Of a stretch of DNA of 64,000 bases, positions 1 through 11,684 are shown piece after piece. Source of the DNA: Arenicellales bacterium (GTDB lineage: Bacteria; Pseudomonadota; Gammaproteobacteria; Arenicellales; Poriferihabitantaceae); contig OY843749.1 in the NCBI GenBank assembly GCA_963693025.1, positions 2,573,617 to 2,637,616 of the forward strand, in the 5' to 3' direction. A program made the position numbers and the translations under genes. The notes under the pieces are model-generated. The model saw nothing but the letters and a program-made list of their open reading frames with translations, made no database searches and had not been told where the DNA came from. Position 1 is the stretch's first letter, and each line of letters opens with the position of its first letter.

Positions 1-1212
1 GTGGTGCGGTTGCGTGGGTCGTTGCAGCCCGAATGCACCTATGCCCGCCGCGGCGCGATTAAGTTGTGGGCGTTGATACACGGTGCGGCGAACAAGGGTT
101 ATGTGAATTGCCTCGGCGCGCTGACCGCGGGGCAGGCGGTGCAGCAAGCCAAGGCCGGGATTGAGGCGATTTACCTGTCGGGCTGGCAGGTGGCGGCGGA
201 TAACAACAGCTCCGAGACGATGTATCCCGACCAGTCGTTGTATGCGTATGACTCGGTGCCGACCGTGGTGCGGCGCATCAACAACGCCTTTGCGCGCGCC
301 GACCAGATACAGTGGCAGCGGGGCGTCGAGGAAGGCGAGCCGGGTTATGTGGATTATTTTCTGCCGGTGGTCGCCGATGCGGAAGCCGGTTTCGGCGGCG
401 TCTTGAACGCGTTTGAATTGGCGAAAAATATGATTACCGCCGGCGCCGCCGGGGTGCATTTTGAGGACCAGTTGGCGGCGGTGAAAAAGTGCGGGCACAT
501 GGGCGGCAAGGTGTTGGTTCCGACCGAAGAGGCGGTGCAAAAACTGATTGCGGCGCGGCTGGCGGCGGATGTGATGGGCGTGCCGACCCTGCTTCTGGCG
601 CGCACCGACGCCGAGGCGGCGAGCCTGCTGACTTCCGACATTGACGAGCGCGACAAACCCTTCCTCACCGGCGCGCGCTCTTCGGAAGGATTTTTCCGCG
701 TCAACAACGGCTTGGAGCAAGCCATTTCGCGCGGCGTCGCGTACGCCGCCTACGCCGACATGGTGTGGTGCGAAACCGGCACGCCGGACTTGGGTTTTGC
801 CCGCGAATTCGCGCAGGCGGTGCAAGCCGAACATCCGGGTCAGTTGCTTGCCTATAACTGCTCGCCGTCGTTCAACTGGCGGAAGAATTTGGACGATAAA
901 ACCATCGCTTCATTTCAGGATGAACTCGCGGCGATGGGTTACGCCTACCAGTTCATCACCCTCGCCGGCATTCACAGCATGTGGTACAACATGTTCGACC
1001 TCGCGCACGGATACGCCCGCGGCGAGGGCATGCGCCACTATGTTGACAAAGTTCAGCAGCCCGAATTTTCCGCCGCCGACGAAGGCTACACTTTTGTCGC
1101 GCACCAGCAGGAAGTCGGCGCCGGCTACTTTGACGACGTCACCGTCACCGTTCAAGGCGGCGCCTCGTCGGTGACCGCGCTCGCCGGGTCAACCGAAGAA
1201 GAGCAGTTTTAG
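1..1212 (+). CDS. aceA: Isocitrate lyase, N-terminus truncated by window edge (about 30 aa missing)
   Basis: ORF 1..1212 open to position 1. Carries the ICL signature KKCGHMGGK and the C-terminus [15 protein letters not shown]. Collinear with E. coli AceA from about residue 33. Confidence 0.95.
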   Translation: MVRLRGSLQPECTYARRGAIKLWALIHGAANKGYVNCLGALTAGQAVQQAKAGIEAIYLSGWQVAADNNSSETMYPDQSLYAYDSVPTVVRRINNAFARADQIQWQRGVEEGEPGYVDYFLPVVADAEAGFGGVLNAFELAKNMITAGAAGVHFEDQLAAVKKCGHMGGKVLVPTEEAVQKLIAARLAADVMGVPTLLLARTDAEAASLLTSDIDERDKPFLTGARSSEGFFRVNNGLEQAISRGVAYAAYADMVWCETGTPDLGFAREFAQAVQAEHPGQLLAYNCSPSFNWRKNLDDKTIASFQDELAAMGYAYQFITLAGIHSMWYNMFDLAHGYARGEGMRHYVDKVQQPEFSAADEGYTFVAHQQEVGAGYFDDVTVTVQGGASSVTALAGSTEEEQF

Positions 1213-1315
1213 CGCGCGAGTTCGGCGCGCATTTCCACCGCCAACCGAGCAACCGAGCGCCGCCGAAACGCGATTCCGGCGGCGCTCGGGCGCTCGCAAC
1301 CGCAAGGGCTCGCGT

Positions 1316-3073
1316 ATGAGCGCCGACCTCGTTAAGCAAATCGCCGGCACCATACTGGAAGGGTTCAACCGCCACTTCTCGCTCTTCCAACAAATCACGC
1401 GCGCCGCCCGGGAGCGCTTTGAGGCGGCTGACTGGGAGGGCGAAATCGCGGCGCGCACGGAGCGCATCTACTACTACGACCTGCGCGTCAACGAAGCGAT
1501 TGACAATCTCAACCGGCGCTTCGACCTCGACAAACTCGACAAGAAGTTGTGGCAGGATATTAAGCGCTGGTATATGTGGCTGCTGTATAACCACAAACAG
1601 CCGGAACTGGCGGAGAGTTTTTACAACTCGGTGTTCTGCCGACTGTTCGACCGAAGTTACTTCAACAACGACCACATCTTCGTCAAGCCCGGCACCGCCA
1701 TCGACTACCTCGACATGGACGACCCGGCTTATACGGGTTATTACCCGGACGAGTGCGGCATCCGCGACACGTTCAGCACGATTCTGCAGAGTTTCGGTTT
1801 GCGCCTTGCGTGGGAAGACCTTGAGCGCGACCTCGACCTCATCGCCGACACTTTTGAGCCGGTGTTGCATCCCGATGTCATCCCGGCGCCGCACCGGCAA
1901 CTGCATGTGGTGTCGTCGTTGTTCTACCGCAACAAAGCGGCGTATGTGGTCGGTCGCGCGCTGGTCGGGGTCGACAGCCAGCCGTTTGTCGTGCCGATTT
2001 TAATCAACGATGACATGCGGTTATACGTCGATACGATTCTCACCGAGGCCGATGACCTGGCGCTGATTTTCAGTTTCACCCGCGCCTACTTTATGGTTAA
2101 TACGAAGGTGCCGGCGGGGCTGATTACTTTTCTGCAATCCATCCTGCCGAGCAAAACGCGCGCCGATTTATACACCAGCATCGGCTTCCAGAAGCAGGGC
2201 AAGACGCTGTTCTACCGTGAATTTTTGCATCATCTGGAGCACTCCACCGACAAACTGATTACCGCGCCGGGCATCAAGGGCATGGTGATGAGCGTGTTCA
2301 CGCTGCCCTCATATCCGTATGTGTTCAAGGTCATCCGGGACAGTTTCGCGCATCCCAAAAAAACCGACCGCGCCACGGTCAAGCAGAAATATCTCACCGT
2401 GAAAATGCACGACCGCGCGGGGCGCATGGCAGACACCTTGGAGTTCTCCCATGTCGCCTTCCCGGTCGACCGCTTCTCCGATGCGTTGCTCGGCGAATTG
2501 AAAAATGAAATCACATCGAGCATGTATATCGAGGGCGGGTTCGTGATTATTCGCCACCTGTATATCGAACGCCGCATGGTGCCGTTCAACATTTTTCTCG
2601 ACCACGCCAACGACGAGATGCTCGACCGCGGCGTGATTAGTTACGGCAACGCCATCAAGGAAATGATTGCCGCCAATATCTTTCCCGGCGACATGCTATT
2701 GAAAAACTTCGGCGTCACCCGCCAGAACCGCGTGGTGTTTTACGACTACGACGAAATCTGCCGGATGAATGAGATCGTGATTCGCTCCCTGCCCAAAGCG
2801 CGCAACGAAGAAGAGGAAATGGCGGGCGAGCCGTGGTTCCACGTCGGCGAAAACGATTTTTTTCCGCAGCAGTTTGAGTCTTTCGTCGCCAACCATCCCA
2901 AGTTCAAGGAGCGCTTCCTGGCGCATCACGCCGACTTGCTCGACCCCGCCTACTGGAAGAAGGTGCAAAACGACATTCTGCAAAACACGCGCTACGATGT
3001 GTTTCCGTACCGCCAACACAAACGCTTCCGCCACCGCTATCCGAACAGGTATCCGGCGGCGGACAAGCCTTAG
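1316..3073 (+). CDS. aceK: Isocitrate dehydrogenase kinase/phosphatase
   Basis: 585-aa ORF directly downstream of aceA. The N-terminus (ILEGFNRHFSLFQQIT) and the overall length fit the AceK family. Confidence 0.9.
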   Translation: MSADLVKQIAGTILEGFNRHFSLFQQITRAARERFEAADWEGEIAARTERIYYYDLRVNEAIDNLNRRFDLDKLDKKLWQDIKRWYMWLLYNHKQPELAESFYNSVFCRLFDRSYFNNDHIFVKPGTAIDYLDMDDPAYTGYYPDECGIRDTFSTILQSFGLRLAWEDLERDLDLIADTFEPVLHPDVIPAPHRQLHVVSSLFYRNKAAYVVGRALVGVDSQPFVVPILINDDMRLYVDTILTEADDLALIFSFTRAYFMVNTKVPAGLITFLQSILPSKTRADLYTSIGFQKQGKTLFYREFLHHLEHSTDKLITAPGIKGMVMSVFTLPSYPYVFKVIRDSFAHPKKTDRATVKQKYLTVKMHDRAGRMADTLEFSHVAFPVDRFSDALLGELKNEITSSMYIEGGFVIIRHLYIERRMVPFNIFLDHANDEMLDRGVISYGNAIKEMIAANIFPGDMLLKNFGVTRQNRVVFYDYDEICRMNEIVIRSLPKARNEEEEMAGEPWFHVGENDFFPQQFESFVANHPKFKERFLAHHADLLDPAYWKKVQNDILQNTRYDVFPYRQHKRFRHRYPNRYPAADKP

Positions 3074-3118
3074 CCGGGAGTGCGCCGGGGTGTCGGGATA
3101 CCGGGCGCCGATTACCGC

Positions 3119-4387
3119 CTAAACCGCTTTGGTGAATTCGGGATAGGCTTCGATGCCGCAGTCAGCCAAGTCCATGCCGGCCAGTTCATCCTCTTCCTTG
3201 ATGCGGATGCCGACGACCAACTTGAGCGCCATCCAGACGACCCAACTGGTTGCAAATACCCAGACGAATATGGTCGCCGCGCCTGCCAACTGGCCGGTAA
3301 AGGTGGCGTCGTCGTTGGTGAGCGGCACGAGTAGCAAGCCGAGCAGCCCGCAAGTGCCATGCACCGAGATGGCGCCGACCGGGTCGTCGATTTTCAGTTT
3401 GTCCAGAAAGACCACGCTCACCACCACCAGCAGGCCGCCGGCGGCGCCGAACAAGGTCGCTTGCAGGGCGCCGGTGGTTGACGGCTCTGCGGTAATCACC
3501 ACTAACCCGGCGAGGGCGCCGTTGAGCAGCATCGTCAGGTCGGCCTTGCCATAGAGCAAGCGGGCGAGTACAAGCGCAGCGAGCGCGCCGGCGGCGGCGG
3601 CGGCGTTGGTATTGAGAAACACCATCGCCACGGCGTTGGCGCTGGCGATGTCACCGAGTTTCAACACCGAGCCTCCGTTGAAACCGAACCAACCCATCCA
3701 CAGAATCAGTGTTCCCACGGCGGCCAGCGGCATATTGGCGCCGGGCATTGCCTTGGCCGAGCCATTGGCGGCGTATTTCCCCATACGCGGGCCCAGCAAC
3801 AAGACGCCTGCGAGAGCGGCGGCGGCGCCCGCCATGTGAACGATGCCGGCGCCGGCGAAATCGCTGAAGCCCAAATCGCCCAGGCTATACAAGCCCAAAA
3901 CACGGCCACCGCCCCAGGTCCACAAACCCTCCACCGGATAAATGAAGCCGGTCATCACCACGGCAAACGCCAGAAAAACCCACAACTTCATCCGCTCCGC
4001 CACGGCGCCGGAGACGATGGACATGGCGGTGGCGACAAACACCACCTGAAAAAAGAAATCGGCTGAGGCGGCGTAGATCGACCCGCCGGCAAAACCGTTT
4101 TCACGGCCGGCGAAGTCCGCAAGCACGGCGGGAACATCGACCTCGCCGATGCCGTTCAAAAAGTATCCGCCGTCATACATGATGGCGTAACCGCACGCCA
4201 GATACATGATGCAAGAGAGCGCGTATAACGCGACGTTCTTGGTTAAAATTTCGGTGGTGTTCCTTGCCCGCACCAGCCCGGCTTCCAGCATGGTGAAGCC
4301 GGCGGCCATCCACATGACCAGCGCGCCGCACACCAGAAAGTAAAAGGTGTCGAGCGCATACTGAAGATGAAACAGATTGTTTTCCAT
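3119..4387 (-). CDS. amtB: Ammonium transporter
   Basis: Gly/Ala-rich multi-TM protein containing WFGFNGGS and AISVHGTCG, located downstream of glnK. The ORF extends to 4444; start chosen at MENNLF (ATG at 4387). Confidence 0.92.
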   Translation of the reverse strand: MENNLFHLQYALDTFYFLVCGALVMWMAAGFTMLEAGLVRARNTTEILTKNVALYALSCIMYLACGYAIMYDGGYFLNGIGEVDVPAVLADFAGRENGFAGGSIYAASADFFFQVVFVATAMSIVSGAVAERMKLWVFLAFAVVMTGFIYPVEGLWTWGGGRVLGLYSLGDLGFSDFAGAGIVHMAGAAAALAGVLLLGPRMGKYAANGSAKAMPGANMPLAAVGTLILWMGWFGFNGGSVLKLGDIASANAVAMVFLNTNAAAAAGALAALVLARLLYGKADLTMLLNGALAGLVVITAEPSTTGALQATLFGAAGGLLVVVSVVFLDKLKIDDPVGAISVHGTCGLLGLLLVPLTNDDATFTGQLAGAATIFVWVFATSWVVWMALKLVVGIRIKEEDELAGMDLADCGIEAYPEFTKAV

Positions 4388-4447
4388 GGCGTAACTCGTC
4401 AACTCATAGTGAATAGAATAACGTGAATTAAGCGCACGCAGCACGCG

Positions 4448-5256
<809 letters not shown>

Positions 5257-5423
5257 GGGTTCTACGATGTGGTTTGGTGGTTTGAGCCGGGAATGAGTTC
5301 GCCGGGGAGGCGGGTTAATGTCATCCGCTCGGGCAATTTTTCAGGGCGGCTTTTATATCAAAAAGCGGGGTTTAACGCAACCCAATCACCCGCGACAGGC
5401 TGATGCGAAAAATCCCAACCACC

Positions 5424-5688
5424 CGTCATTCTCGAGCGTTAGTGTCCGTTGCCGCCGCGCTTTTTCTTTTAAGCGGCGGCTTACGGACACTTACGTCCTC
5501 GGGAATCTCCCTAAGACTGGCACGGGCTTTGTTGAAATTCACGGTAGCCTTAGGGAGATTCCCGAAGGCGATGAAAAATCCGCCCGGAGCGGATTTTCGC
5601 GTAGCCCGAAGGGTTTGTATCAGGGATGATACAAACAAAAATATGGTCGCCTAGCGGCTCCCTATTTTTCTATCGTTCGAGAATGACG
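5424..5688 (+). mobile_element. MITE-like TIR element, long form (265 bp, with nested about 57-bp module)
   Basis: Left end CGTCATTCTCGAGCG at 5424 and right end CGTTCGAGAATGACG at 5674-5688 (15-bp TIR, 1 mismatch). Hairpin 1: GTGTCCGT..GCCGCCGC / GCGGCGGC..ACGGACAC. Hairpin 2: GGGAATCTCCCTAAG / CTTAGGGAGATTCCC. Confidence 0.85.
5580..5636 (+). repeat. Nested two-hairpin mini-module inside the MITE
   Basis: CCGCCCGGAGCGGATTTTCGCGTAGCCCGAAGGGTTTGTATCAGGGATGATACAAAC is absent from short-form copies. It is flanked by AAAAAT on both sides. Confidence 0.75.
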
Positions 5689-6412
5689 GAATGGGGAGCG
5701 CCTTCGCCCGCCACCGCCGCGCTTCGGTTGGGCTCATCACCAGCGGGCGGTAAATCTCGACTCGGTCGTGGTCGGTCAGCACCCAGTCGAGCGGACGCTC
5801 AACCCCGAAAATGCCGACCGGCGTCTCCGCCAGATTGAGGCGCGGAAACTGGCGCAGCACGGATGAAGCGCGAATCGCCTGCTCAATGGTGGCCGGCGGG
5901 CTCAGCTCCAGTTGCTCGACCACCTGCCGCTCCGGTAGCGCATAGACCACCTCCGCGCTAATTTGTTCCGGGCGGCGGGGGTTGCCGTGGACTTGACGGG
6001 CGCGCTTGACGAAGGAATCGACCATCGAATCGGCGATGTGTTTGAACACCGGACCGACCACCGCGCCGGTCAGCGCGCTGGAAAAATCAAAGCGCAGGTC
6101 GAGCGCAATCCGGCATGCGCCGGGCTGCAGCGACTTGAATTCCCAGACGCCGGACAACTCGCTGAACGGACCATCGAGCAGCGTCATTTGGGTCTGCTCA
6201 AAAGGCGTCAACCGGTTGCGCGTGGTGAACGATTGGCTGACCCCGCGAAACGCGATATGCACGCGCGCGACCACCTCGCGCTCGCCCCGCTCGAGCACTT
6301 CGGAGGCGCCGCACCACGGCAGAAACTGCGCGTAGGATTCTATATCGTTGACCAGCGAGTACATCTCCTCGGCGCTGTGCATGACCAGCGCCGAACGCGC
6401 GATGGTATACAT
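5651..6412 (-). CDS. In-frame fusion of RatA-like SRPBCC protein (YfjG) and RnfH (YfjF) ubiquitin-fold protein
   Basis: The N-terminal half ([34 protein letters not shown]...) resembles RatA. The C-terminal half ([15 protein letters not shown]...DRVEIYRPL) resembles RnfH. There is no stop and no start codon between the halves. The last about 12 codons and the stop lie inside the MITE at 5424-5688. Confidence 0.8.
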   Translation of the reverse strand: MYTIARSALVMHSAEEMYSLVNDIESYAQFLPWCGASEVLERGEREVVARVHIAFRGVSQSFTTRNRLTPFEQTQMTLLDGPFSELSGVWEFKSLQPGACRIALDLRFDFSSALTGAVVGPVFKHIADSMVDSFVKRARQVHGNPRRPEQISAEVVYALPERQVVEQLELSPPATIEQAIRASSVLRQFPRLNLAETPVGIFGVERPLDWVLTDHDRVEIYRPLVMSPTEARRWRAKALPIPSFSNDRKIGSR

Positions 6413-6497
6413 GGAAGGCAAGCCTCGGCGGACAAAAAGGGTGCGCTCCATTATACTGCATGCCCCGTGCAACCGAATACCCACCCGACCGGGGCCC

Positions 6498-6977
6498 ATG
6501 GCGAGCAAAAAGAAATCCGCGTCCGACACCAACACCATCGCGCTCAACCGAAAAGCCCGGTTTGATTATTTCATCGAGCAGGAGTTCGAGGCCGGGGTGG
6601 CGCTGCAGGGCTGGGAGGTGAAGAGCCTTCGGGATGGCCGCGCGCAGTTGAAGGAGAGTTATGTCGTCGTTATCCGCGGCGAACTCTTCCTGATTGGCGC
6701 GCACTTCTCGCCGTTGCGCTCGACCTCGACGCATGTCAACCCCGACCCCACCCGAAGCCGCAAGTTGCTACTCCACAAAAAGGAAATCGGCAAACTGGTC
6801 GGCGCGACCGACAAGGCGGGCTACACCCTCGTGCCGCTCAGCCTGTATTGGAAGCACGGCAAAGTCAAAGCCAAAATCGCGCTGGCAAAGGGCAAAAAGC
6901 AATACGACAAACGCCACACCATCAAGCAGCGCGAATGGGAGCGCGACAAACAGCGGCTGTTCAAATCGCAGCAATGA
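6498..6977 (+). CDS. smpB: SsrA-binding protein
   Basis: [45 protein letters not shown] is classic SmpB. Start chosen at ATG 6498 within ORF 6348..6977. Confidence 0.95.
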   Translation: MASKKKSASDTNTIALNRKARFDYFIEQEFEAGVALQGWEVKSLRDGRAQLKESYVVVIRGELFLIGAHFSPLRSTSTHVNPDPTRSRKLLLHKKEIGKLVGATDKAGYTLVPLSLYWKHGKVKAKIALAKGKKQYDKRHTIKQREWERDKQRLFKSQQ

Positions 6978-7102
6978 GCGCGGTTTGCCGCGGCGCCGGG
7001 GGCGCGGAAAAACGCCAAATCGCGCCATTTTGAGCGGATTTCCCACCCATTTCGCCGCGGCTTGCCATTCCCGCGCAGGGTGTGTTAGCATCGCCGCTCC
7101 AT

Positions 7103-7467
7103 GGGGGTGACTGGCTTCGACGTCGGTCACGAAGCCATCGGAGCATGCCGAGGCGCAGACTACCTCGTAAATCCACCTGCAACACAATAGTTGCCAACGA
7201 CGACAACTACGCGCTAGCCGCTTAATCCGGCTGGCCCTTTCACTCGGCTCGCCTTTAGGCTGAGGCTCGAAAGGTCATCAATAAAGGCTCGCGAGCCAGG
7301 CCCGTCCGTTGTCTGGCAGTTAAAACTGATCGGACTCGCCGGCGTGTGCGTTTGTCTGCCTACTTTCACGCCGGTCAACTCAAAGCGCAGACTAAGCATG
7401 TAGCAGCCGGTGTGTGTAGGATCAGCGGACGCGGGTTCGATTCCCGCCACCTCCACCAGACACGCGC
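7103..7467 (+). ncRNA. ssrA: tmRNA (SsrA)
   Basis: 5-prime end GGGGGUGACUGGCUUCGACG. Tag reading frame GCCAACGACGACAACTACGCGCTAGCCGCTTAA encodes ANDDNYALAA*. 3-prime end GGGTTCGATTCCCGCCACCTCCACCA. Adjacent to smpB. Confidence 0.95.
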
Positions 7468-7477
7468 AAAGCCGTCC

Positions 7478-7509
7478 TTGGACTCAGGGACGGCTTTTTT
7501 ATCGCCCAA
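7478..7509 (+). terminator. Rho-independent terminator after ssrA
   Basis: Hairpin AAAGCCGTCC..GGGACGGCTTT followed by a T-run. Confidence 0.7.
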
Positions 7510-7769
7510 TTCGCCCTCCCACGACACCGAAAACGCGCCGAAAACGCCAAAAACGCCGTTTTTCACCGATTTTTCCCCAGATTATGCAAAAACAACGCAA
7601 CTATTTGTGGTCAAACCGGCGAAAATCGCTTATAGTGGCGGTGCTGCAGATTTTGTTGTTGGCTATTTTGGTTGTTCCTTCTGTGTTCCCCTTGAAGCGT
7701 TCCCCCTGAATTCCCGTTTCATTAACTGTATGCGTTACTTTCATTTTCAATTTATCAGGAAACAATTTC

Positions 7770-7973
7770 ATGGCGACAGGCACTGTAAAGTGGTTTAACG
7801 AATCCAAAGGTTTTGGGTTTATCTCTCAAACAGATGGCGGTGCGGACGTATTCGTCCATTTCCGCGCAATCGAAGGCACGGGGTTTAAAACCTTGCGCGA
7901 AGGTCAGGCAGTCACCTTTGAGGTGGAGGAAGGTCCCAAGGGCCTTCAAGCGACCAGCGTTACCCCCGCTTGA
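7770..7973 (+). CDS. cspA: Cold-shock protein, CspA family
   Basis: 67 aa, [20 protein letters not shown]...VFVHF, containing the RNP1 and RNP2 motifs. Confidence 0.93.
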   Translation: MATGTVKWFNESKGFGFISQTDGGADVFVHFRAIEGTGFKTLREGQAVTFEVEEGPKGLQATSVTPA

Positions 7974-8007
7974 ATCCAATCGGCGCGTAAAATCGCCGAT
8001 AACACAG

Positions 8008-8034
8008 CGCCCCGCTTCGGCGGGGCTCTTTTTT
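8008..8034 (+). terminator. Rho-independent terminator after csp gene
   Basis: GCCCCGC-TTCG-GCGGGGC followed by TCTTTTTT. Confidence 0.7.
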
Positions 8035-8082
8035 GCACGGCTGAATCGGAGCCGGAAGTCGGGATTCGCAACCGCGCCCGAT

Positions 8083-8994
8083 TTACCCTCGGCCGCGCGT
8101 TCTCGTCCGTTGCGGCTTGGCGTGGTTTTCGATGAATTGAATGATCATGTCGGCGACATCCTTGCCGGTCGCTTTCTCGATGCCTTCCATCCCCGGCGAG
8201 GAGTTGACCTCCATCACCAGCGGTCCCCGGTCCGAGCGCAGCAAATCCACCCCGCACAGGTTAAGCCCCATCGCTTTGGCCGCCTTGACCGCGGTCTTGC
8301 GCTCGGTGGGCGTCAGTTTAATCAGCCGCGCGGTGCCGCCGCGGTGAAGGTTGGAGCGAAATTCCCCCGGCGGCGCCTGGCGCTGCATCGCGGCGATGAC
8401 CTTGTCGCCGACCACCAGACAGCGCAGGTCGCTACCGCCCGCCTCTTGGATGAATTCCTGCACGAGAATGTCCGCCTTGATGCGCATGAACGCCTGGATG
8501 ACGCTCTCCGCCGCCTTGCGGGTTTCGGCAAGCACCACGCCCTTGCCTTGCGTGCCTTCGAGCAGTTTGATGACCAGCGGCGCGCCGCCGACCTCGTTGA
8601 TGATGCCCTGAATGTCCTTGACCGAGTGGGCGAATGCGGTGGTCGGCAGCCCCAGCCCTTTGCGCGACAGCAGTTGCAATGAGCGCAGTTTGTCGCGCGA
8701 GCGGGTAATCGCCACCGACTCGTTGACGCTGTAAATGTTCATCATCTCAAACTGGCGCACGATGGCGGTGCCGTAGAAAGTCGCGGACGCCCCGATGCGC
8801 GGAATGACCGCGTCAAAATCTTCGGCGGCGAACTCCATGTCGCCGTAGTGTATGCTGGGTTTGTCGGAGGTGATGTCCATAAAACAACGCAGGTGGTCGA
8901 GCACCTCGACGACATGCCCGCGCCGCTCGGCCGCTTCGACCAGCCGCCGAGTGGAATAGAGCCGCTGATTGCGCGACAGCACCGCTATTTTCAT
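8083..8994 (-). CDS. rimK: Ribosomal protein S6 L-glutamate ligase (ATP-grasp)
   Basis: 303 aa beginning [30 protein letters not shown]-grasp fold with RimK-like length and motifs. Confidence 0.92.
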   Translation of the reverse strand: MKIAVLSRNQRLYSTRRLVEAAERRGHVVEVLDHLRCFMDITSDKPSIHYGDMEFAAEDFDAVIPRIGASATFYGTAIVRQFEMMNIYSVNESVAITRSRDKLRSLQLLSRKGLGLPTTAFAHSVKDIQGIINEVGGAPLVIKLLEGTQGKGVVLAETRKAAESVIQAFMRIKADILVQEFIQEAGGSDLRCLVVGDKVIAAMQRQAPPGEFRSNLHRGGTARLIKLTPTERKTAVKAAKAMGLNLCGVDLLRSDRGPLVMEVNSSPGMEGIEKATGKDVADMIIQFIENHAKPQRTRTRGRG

Positions 8995-9039
8995 AACAAC
9001 TTTCCGCCGGGTTGATGACAGTCGGGGTTGGGGTGTCCG

Positions 9040-9492
9040 CTAGGTTTCAAGGCGCGGCTCTCCGGCAAGGTATGACCGCCCCGGATTGACATTGAATGTT
9101 TTCATAATGGCGGTGCGCCCCAGCAGCATCCGAAACTTCATCGAGTTGCGGTTGGTGAGGGTGATTTCAATCTCCTTGTTGAACGCGCCAATCACCACCG
9201 GCGTGCGGATGACCACCCGGTTTTCCTTGCCGCCGCCGGAGTTGGTCACCCACCGGCTTTCAACAATATCGGCGACGCATTGGTTGCCGGGTCCCCGCTC
9301 GCCCTTGGCCGTAAACAACTCAAAGCGAACCCGGCGCACCCCGCCCTCGTCAAATTCCTCCATCCACACGGTATCCAACGCCGAAGTCCGCGCCCCGGTA
9401 TCCACCTTGGCCCGAATCCGCCCAACCCCAAGCCCCGGCAACGCCACCCACTCACGCCATCCGAGCAAAGGTTTGGGTTTTCGGGTGGTCAT
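9040..9492 (-). CDS. Retropepsin-like / DUF785 putative protease commonly paired with rimK
   Basis: 150 aa containing AKVDTGARTSAL, an aspartic-protease-like DTG motif. Lies immediately upstream of rimK on the same strand. Confidence 0.7.
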   Translation of the reverse strand: MTTRKPKPLLGWREWVALPGLGVGRIRAKVDTGARTSALDTVWMEEFDEGGVRRVRFELFTAKGERGPGNQCVADIVESRWVTNSGGGKENRVVIRTPVVIGAFNKEIEITLTNRNSMKFRMLLGRTAIMKTFNVNPGRSYLAGEPRLET

Positions 9493-9513
9493 TGGCAGGC
9501 GAGTTGATTAATC

Positions 9514-10857
9514 TCAGCCCCCACCGCCGAGATAACTCTCCATCGAATCGTCCATCGCCTCAAGCCACGGCGTGTGATGCGCCGGTTGCATGTTTCCGCT
9601 CATCAGCGAGCGGTAGGCGTTGTTGCGAAACCCCATGATGTCTTCGTGTTTGTGGTGCTCCCATTGCATGAAGGTTTGGTTGACCGCCTCGACATCGAAA
9701 CTCGGATAATCGGTCGGCTCAAGCAACTCCTTCACGTAGTCGCCCTGAAACCAAATCATCTGCTCGTCGTTCTCCAATGTTTCTTCGCGCCGCCGCCACG
9801 CCGCGCTGTGTTTGCGCATCTCATCGAGCGCCGGCAGGCTGAGCCGCCCGAGCATGTAATCGCGCGCATACCACGCCTGCGCGTCGAACATGTTGAAAGT
9901 GTAAAACTGGTCCTGCATTCCGAGATACATCAGTTTCGGATTGTCCTCCCAGAAAACTCCCTTATACAAATTCAACGGCCACAGCCGGTTGGTGGTTTGC
10001 AATCGCAACGCATCCGGCAAGAACGGAAAGTGGTGCAAGTAACCGGTGCACAGGATAATCGCGTCAACCTCCGCGCTCGTGCCATCTTTGAAGGTCGCGG
10101 TGTTGCCGTCCACCGAAGTCAACAGCGGCACTTCCCGCCAGTTGTCGGGCCAGTGAAAACCCATCGGCGCGGTGCGGTGACTGCAGGTTATCGACTTCGC
10201 GCCATACTTGTAGCACTGCGAGCCAATGTCCTCGGCGGAATAACTGGTGCCGATAATCAGGATGTCCTTGCCCTTGAACTCAAGCGCATCGCGGAAGTCA
10301 TGCGCGTGCAACACGCGACCGTTGAAGGTGTCGAAGCCGGCGAAGTGCGGCGCGTTGGGCACCGAAAAATGCCCGTTGGCAACCACCACATAGTCAAACT
10401 CTTCGCTCGACACCGCGTCATTTTTCAGGTCGTGCGCGGTGACCGTAAACCGCCCGCTGTCATCCGCATAAGCAACCTCGCGCACCGCCGTGCCAAGCCG
10501 CATATAACGGCGCACATCCGCCTTCTTCACGCGGCCAAGCAGATAGTCGGCGAGCACCGCGCGCGGCGGATAGGAGGCAATCGGTCTGCCAAAGTGCTGC
10601 TCAAACGTATAGTCGGCGAACTCCAAACACTCCTTGGGCCCGTTCGACCAAAGATAGCGGTACATACTGCAATGCACCGGCTCGCCAAACTCGTCCAACC
10701 CGGTGCGCCAGGTGTAATTCCACAAGCCGCCCGGCTCGCTCTGTTTTTCATAACAAACAATGTCGGGAACCTCCGCCCCGCTTTCCCCGGCGGCGGCAAA
10801 CGCACACAACTGCGAAATCCCGCAAGGTCCCGCGCCGATGATTGCAACTCGAGTCAT
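9514..10857 (-). CDS. tmm: Flavin-containing monooxygenase, trimethylamine monooxygenase-like
   Basis: 447 aa. Dinucleotide sites IIGAGPCG and [10 protein letters not shown], plus the FMO motif [11 protein letters not shown]. Neighbours a tdm-like gene. Confidence 0.85.
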   Translation of the reverse strand: MTRVAIIGAGPCGISQLCAFAAAGESGAEVPDIVCYEKQSEPGGLWNYTWRTGLDEFGEPVHCSMYRYLWSNGPKECLEFADYTFEQHFGRPIASYPPRAVLADYLLGRVKKADVRRYMRLGTAVREVAYADDSGRFTVTAHDLKNDAVSSEEFDYVVVANGHFSVPNAPHFAGFDTFNGRVLHAHDFRDALEFKGKDILIIGTSYSAEDIGSQCYKYGAKSITCSHRTAPMGFHWPDNWREVPLLTSVDGNTATFKDGTSAEVDAIILCTGYLHHFPFLPDALRLQTTNRLWPLNLYKGVFWEDNPKLMYLGMQDQFYTFNMFDAQAWYARDYMLGRLSLPALDEMRKHSAAWRRREETLENDEQMIWFQGDYVKELLEPTDYPSFDVEAVNQTFMQWEHHKHEDIMGFRNNAYRSLMSGNMQPAHHTPWLEAMDDSMESYLGGGG

Positions 10858-10940
10858 TATATTCCTCCGGTAATCATTGTCACTTGATGAAACGGCACAA
10901 CCAACTATACCGCAACCGGTTGGTTGATGCCATTGCCGGC

Positions 10941-11684
10941 TCAGACGAGGTTATGCGGAATATCGCCGCCTTCCGACATAATCTCCAGCGTTTTCTGCTC
11001 CAAGCAACCGCGCATAAAAGCCTGCATCCGCTGCTCGTCCCCGCCGGGGTAAAAAGCCAGCATCAGTTGGTTGAACTCGAGTTGTTTTGCCGCCGGCAGG
11101 TTGATGGCGGGAAGTCCGCGCGTTAGCAAAACACCGTTCATCAGCAGTCGTCCGATGCGCTTGTTGCAGTCGTAAAAAAACTGCATTCGCGCCATCTGCA
11201 AAAACAAACCGATCGCGTGGGTGTAAGTTGATTCAATCGCCATCTTCGATTCGTGCAGGGCGGTTTGATGTTGGCGCTCCAGTTGCCGCCACAACGCCGG
11301 CAATTCATCCGCATTTGGCGGCAAGTAATCGGTGCCCGCAATAGTGACCCCGCCATCCCTGAAAACGCCCCACGCGAGCGATTCTTCGCGCGCAAGAATG
11401 CCGTGCAACTCGCAAACGAAATCGGCGCCAAGGCGAAACTCATCGCGCTCAACAACGTCAAACAGAAACCGCCACGCATTCGCCTGATTGATTGCAATCG
11501 CCTCGTCCTGCAAACTGTGCCCGCCGACCGTCACCCCGTCCAGCAACGTCTGCACCTCCGGCAGAGTAAAGTTTACCCCTTCCAAATTGACCGCATCGCA
11601 TACCAGTTCGGGCAGTTGTTTGCGGGCGAGGAACAGGGCTTTTTTGCGGCTTGGATTGAGCGTTGCCAGCGACGCTTTATTCAT
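10941..11684 (-). CDS. Fic-fold protein with degenerate active-site motif
   Basis: 247 aa from [10 protein letters not shown] (ATG 11684). The region [20 protein letters not shown] aligns with Fic HPFxDGNGRxxR, but with H to Q, G to C and G to K. The start overlaps the tdm stop (ATGA). The upstream 213 aa of ORF 10941..12323 lie antisense or overlapped and are rejected. Confidence 0.55.
   Translation of the reverse strand: MNKASLATLNPSRKKALFLARKQLPELVCDAVNLEGVNFTLPEVQTLLDGVTVGGHSLQDEAIAINQANAWRFLFDVVERDEFRLGADFVCELHGILAREESLAWGVFRDGGVTIAGTDYLPPNADELPALWRQLERQHQTALHESKMAIESTYTHAIGLFLQMARMQFFYDCNKRIGRLLMNGVLLTRGLPAINLPAAKQLEFNQLMLAFYPGGDEQRMQAFMRGCLEQKTLEIMSEGGDIPHNLV

Noticed and set aside
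5438-5490. MITE hairpin 1 (GTGTCCGT..GCCGCCGC / GCGGCGGC..ACGGACAC) as an intrinsic terminator.
   Set aside because: No U-run follows the stem in either orientation. The T-rich run is in the loop, not 3-prime of the stem.
7468-7769. Possible genomic island integrated at the ssrA (tmRNA) 3-prime end, since the region after ssrA is AT-richer.
   Set aside because: There is no integrase and no direct repeat of the tmRNA 3-prime end downstream. The segment is only about 260 bp and is better explained as the ssrA terminator plus the promoter and long 5-prime UTR of the cold-shock gene.
10858-10940. The 10-bp perfect palindrome CAACCGGTTG between the Fic-like gene and tmm as an operator or terminator.
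   Set aside because: It is a single short palindrome with no flanking U-run or repeat partner, which is insufficient to call. A TATAGT-like hexamer on the minus strand is present but has no convincing -35.
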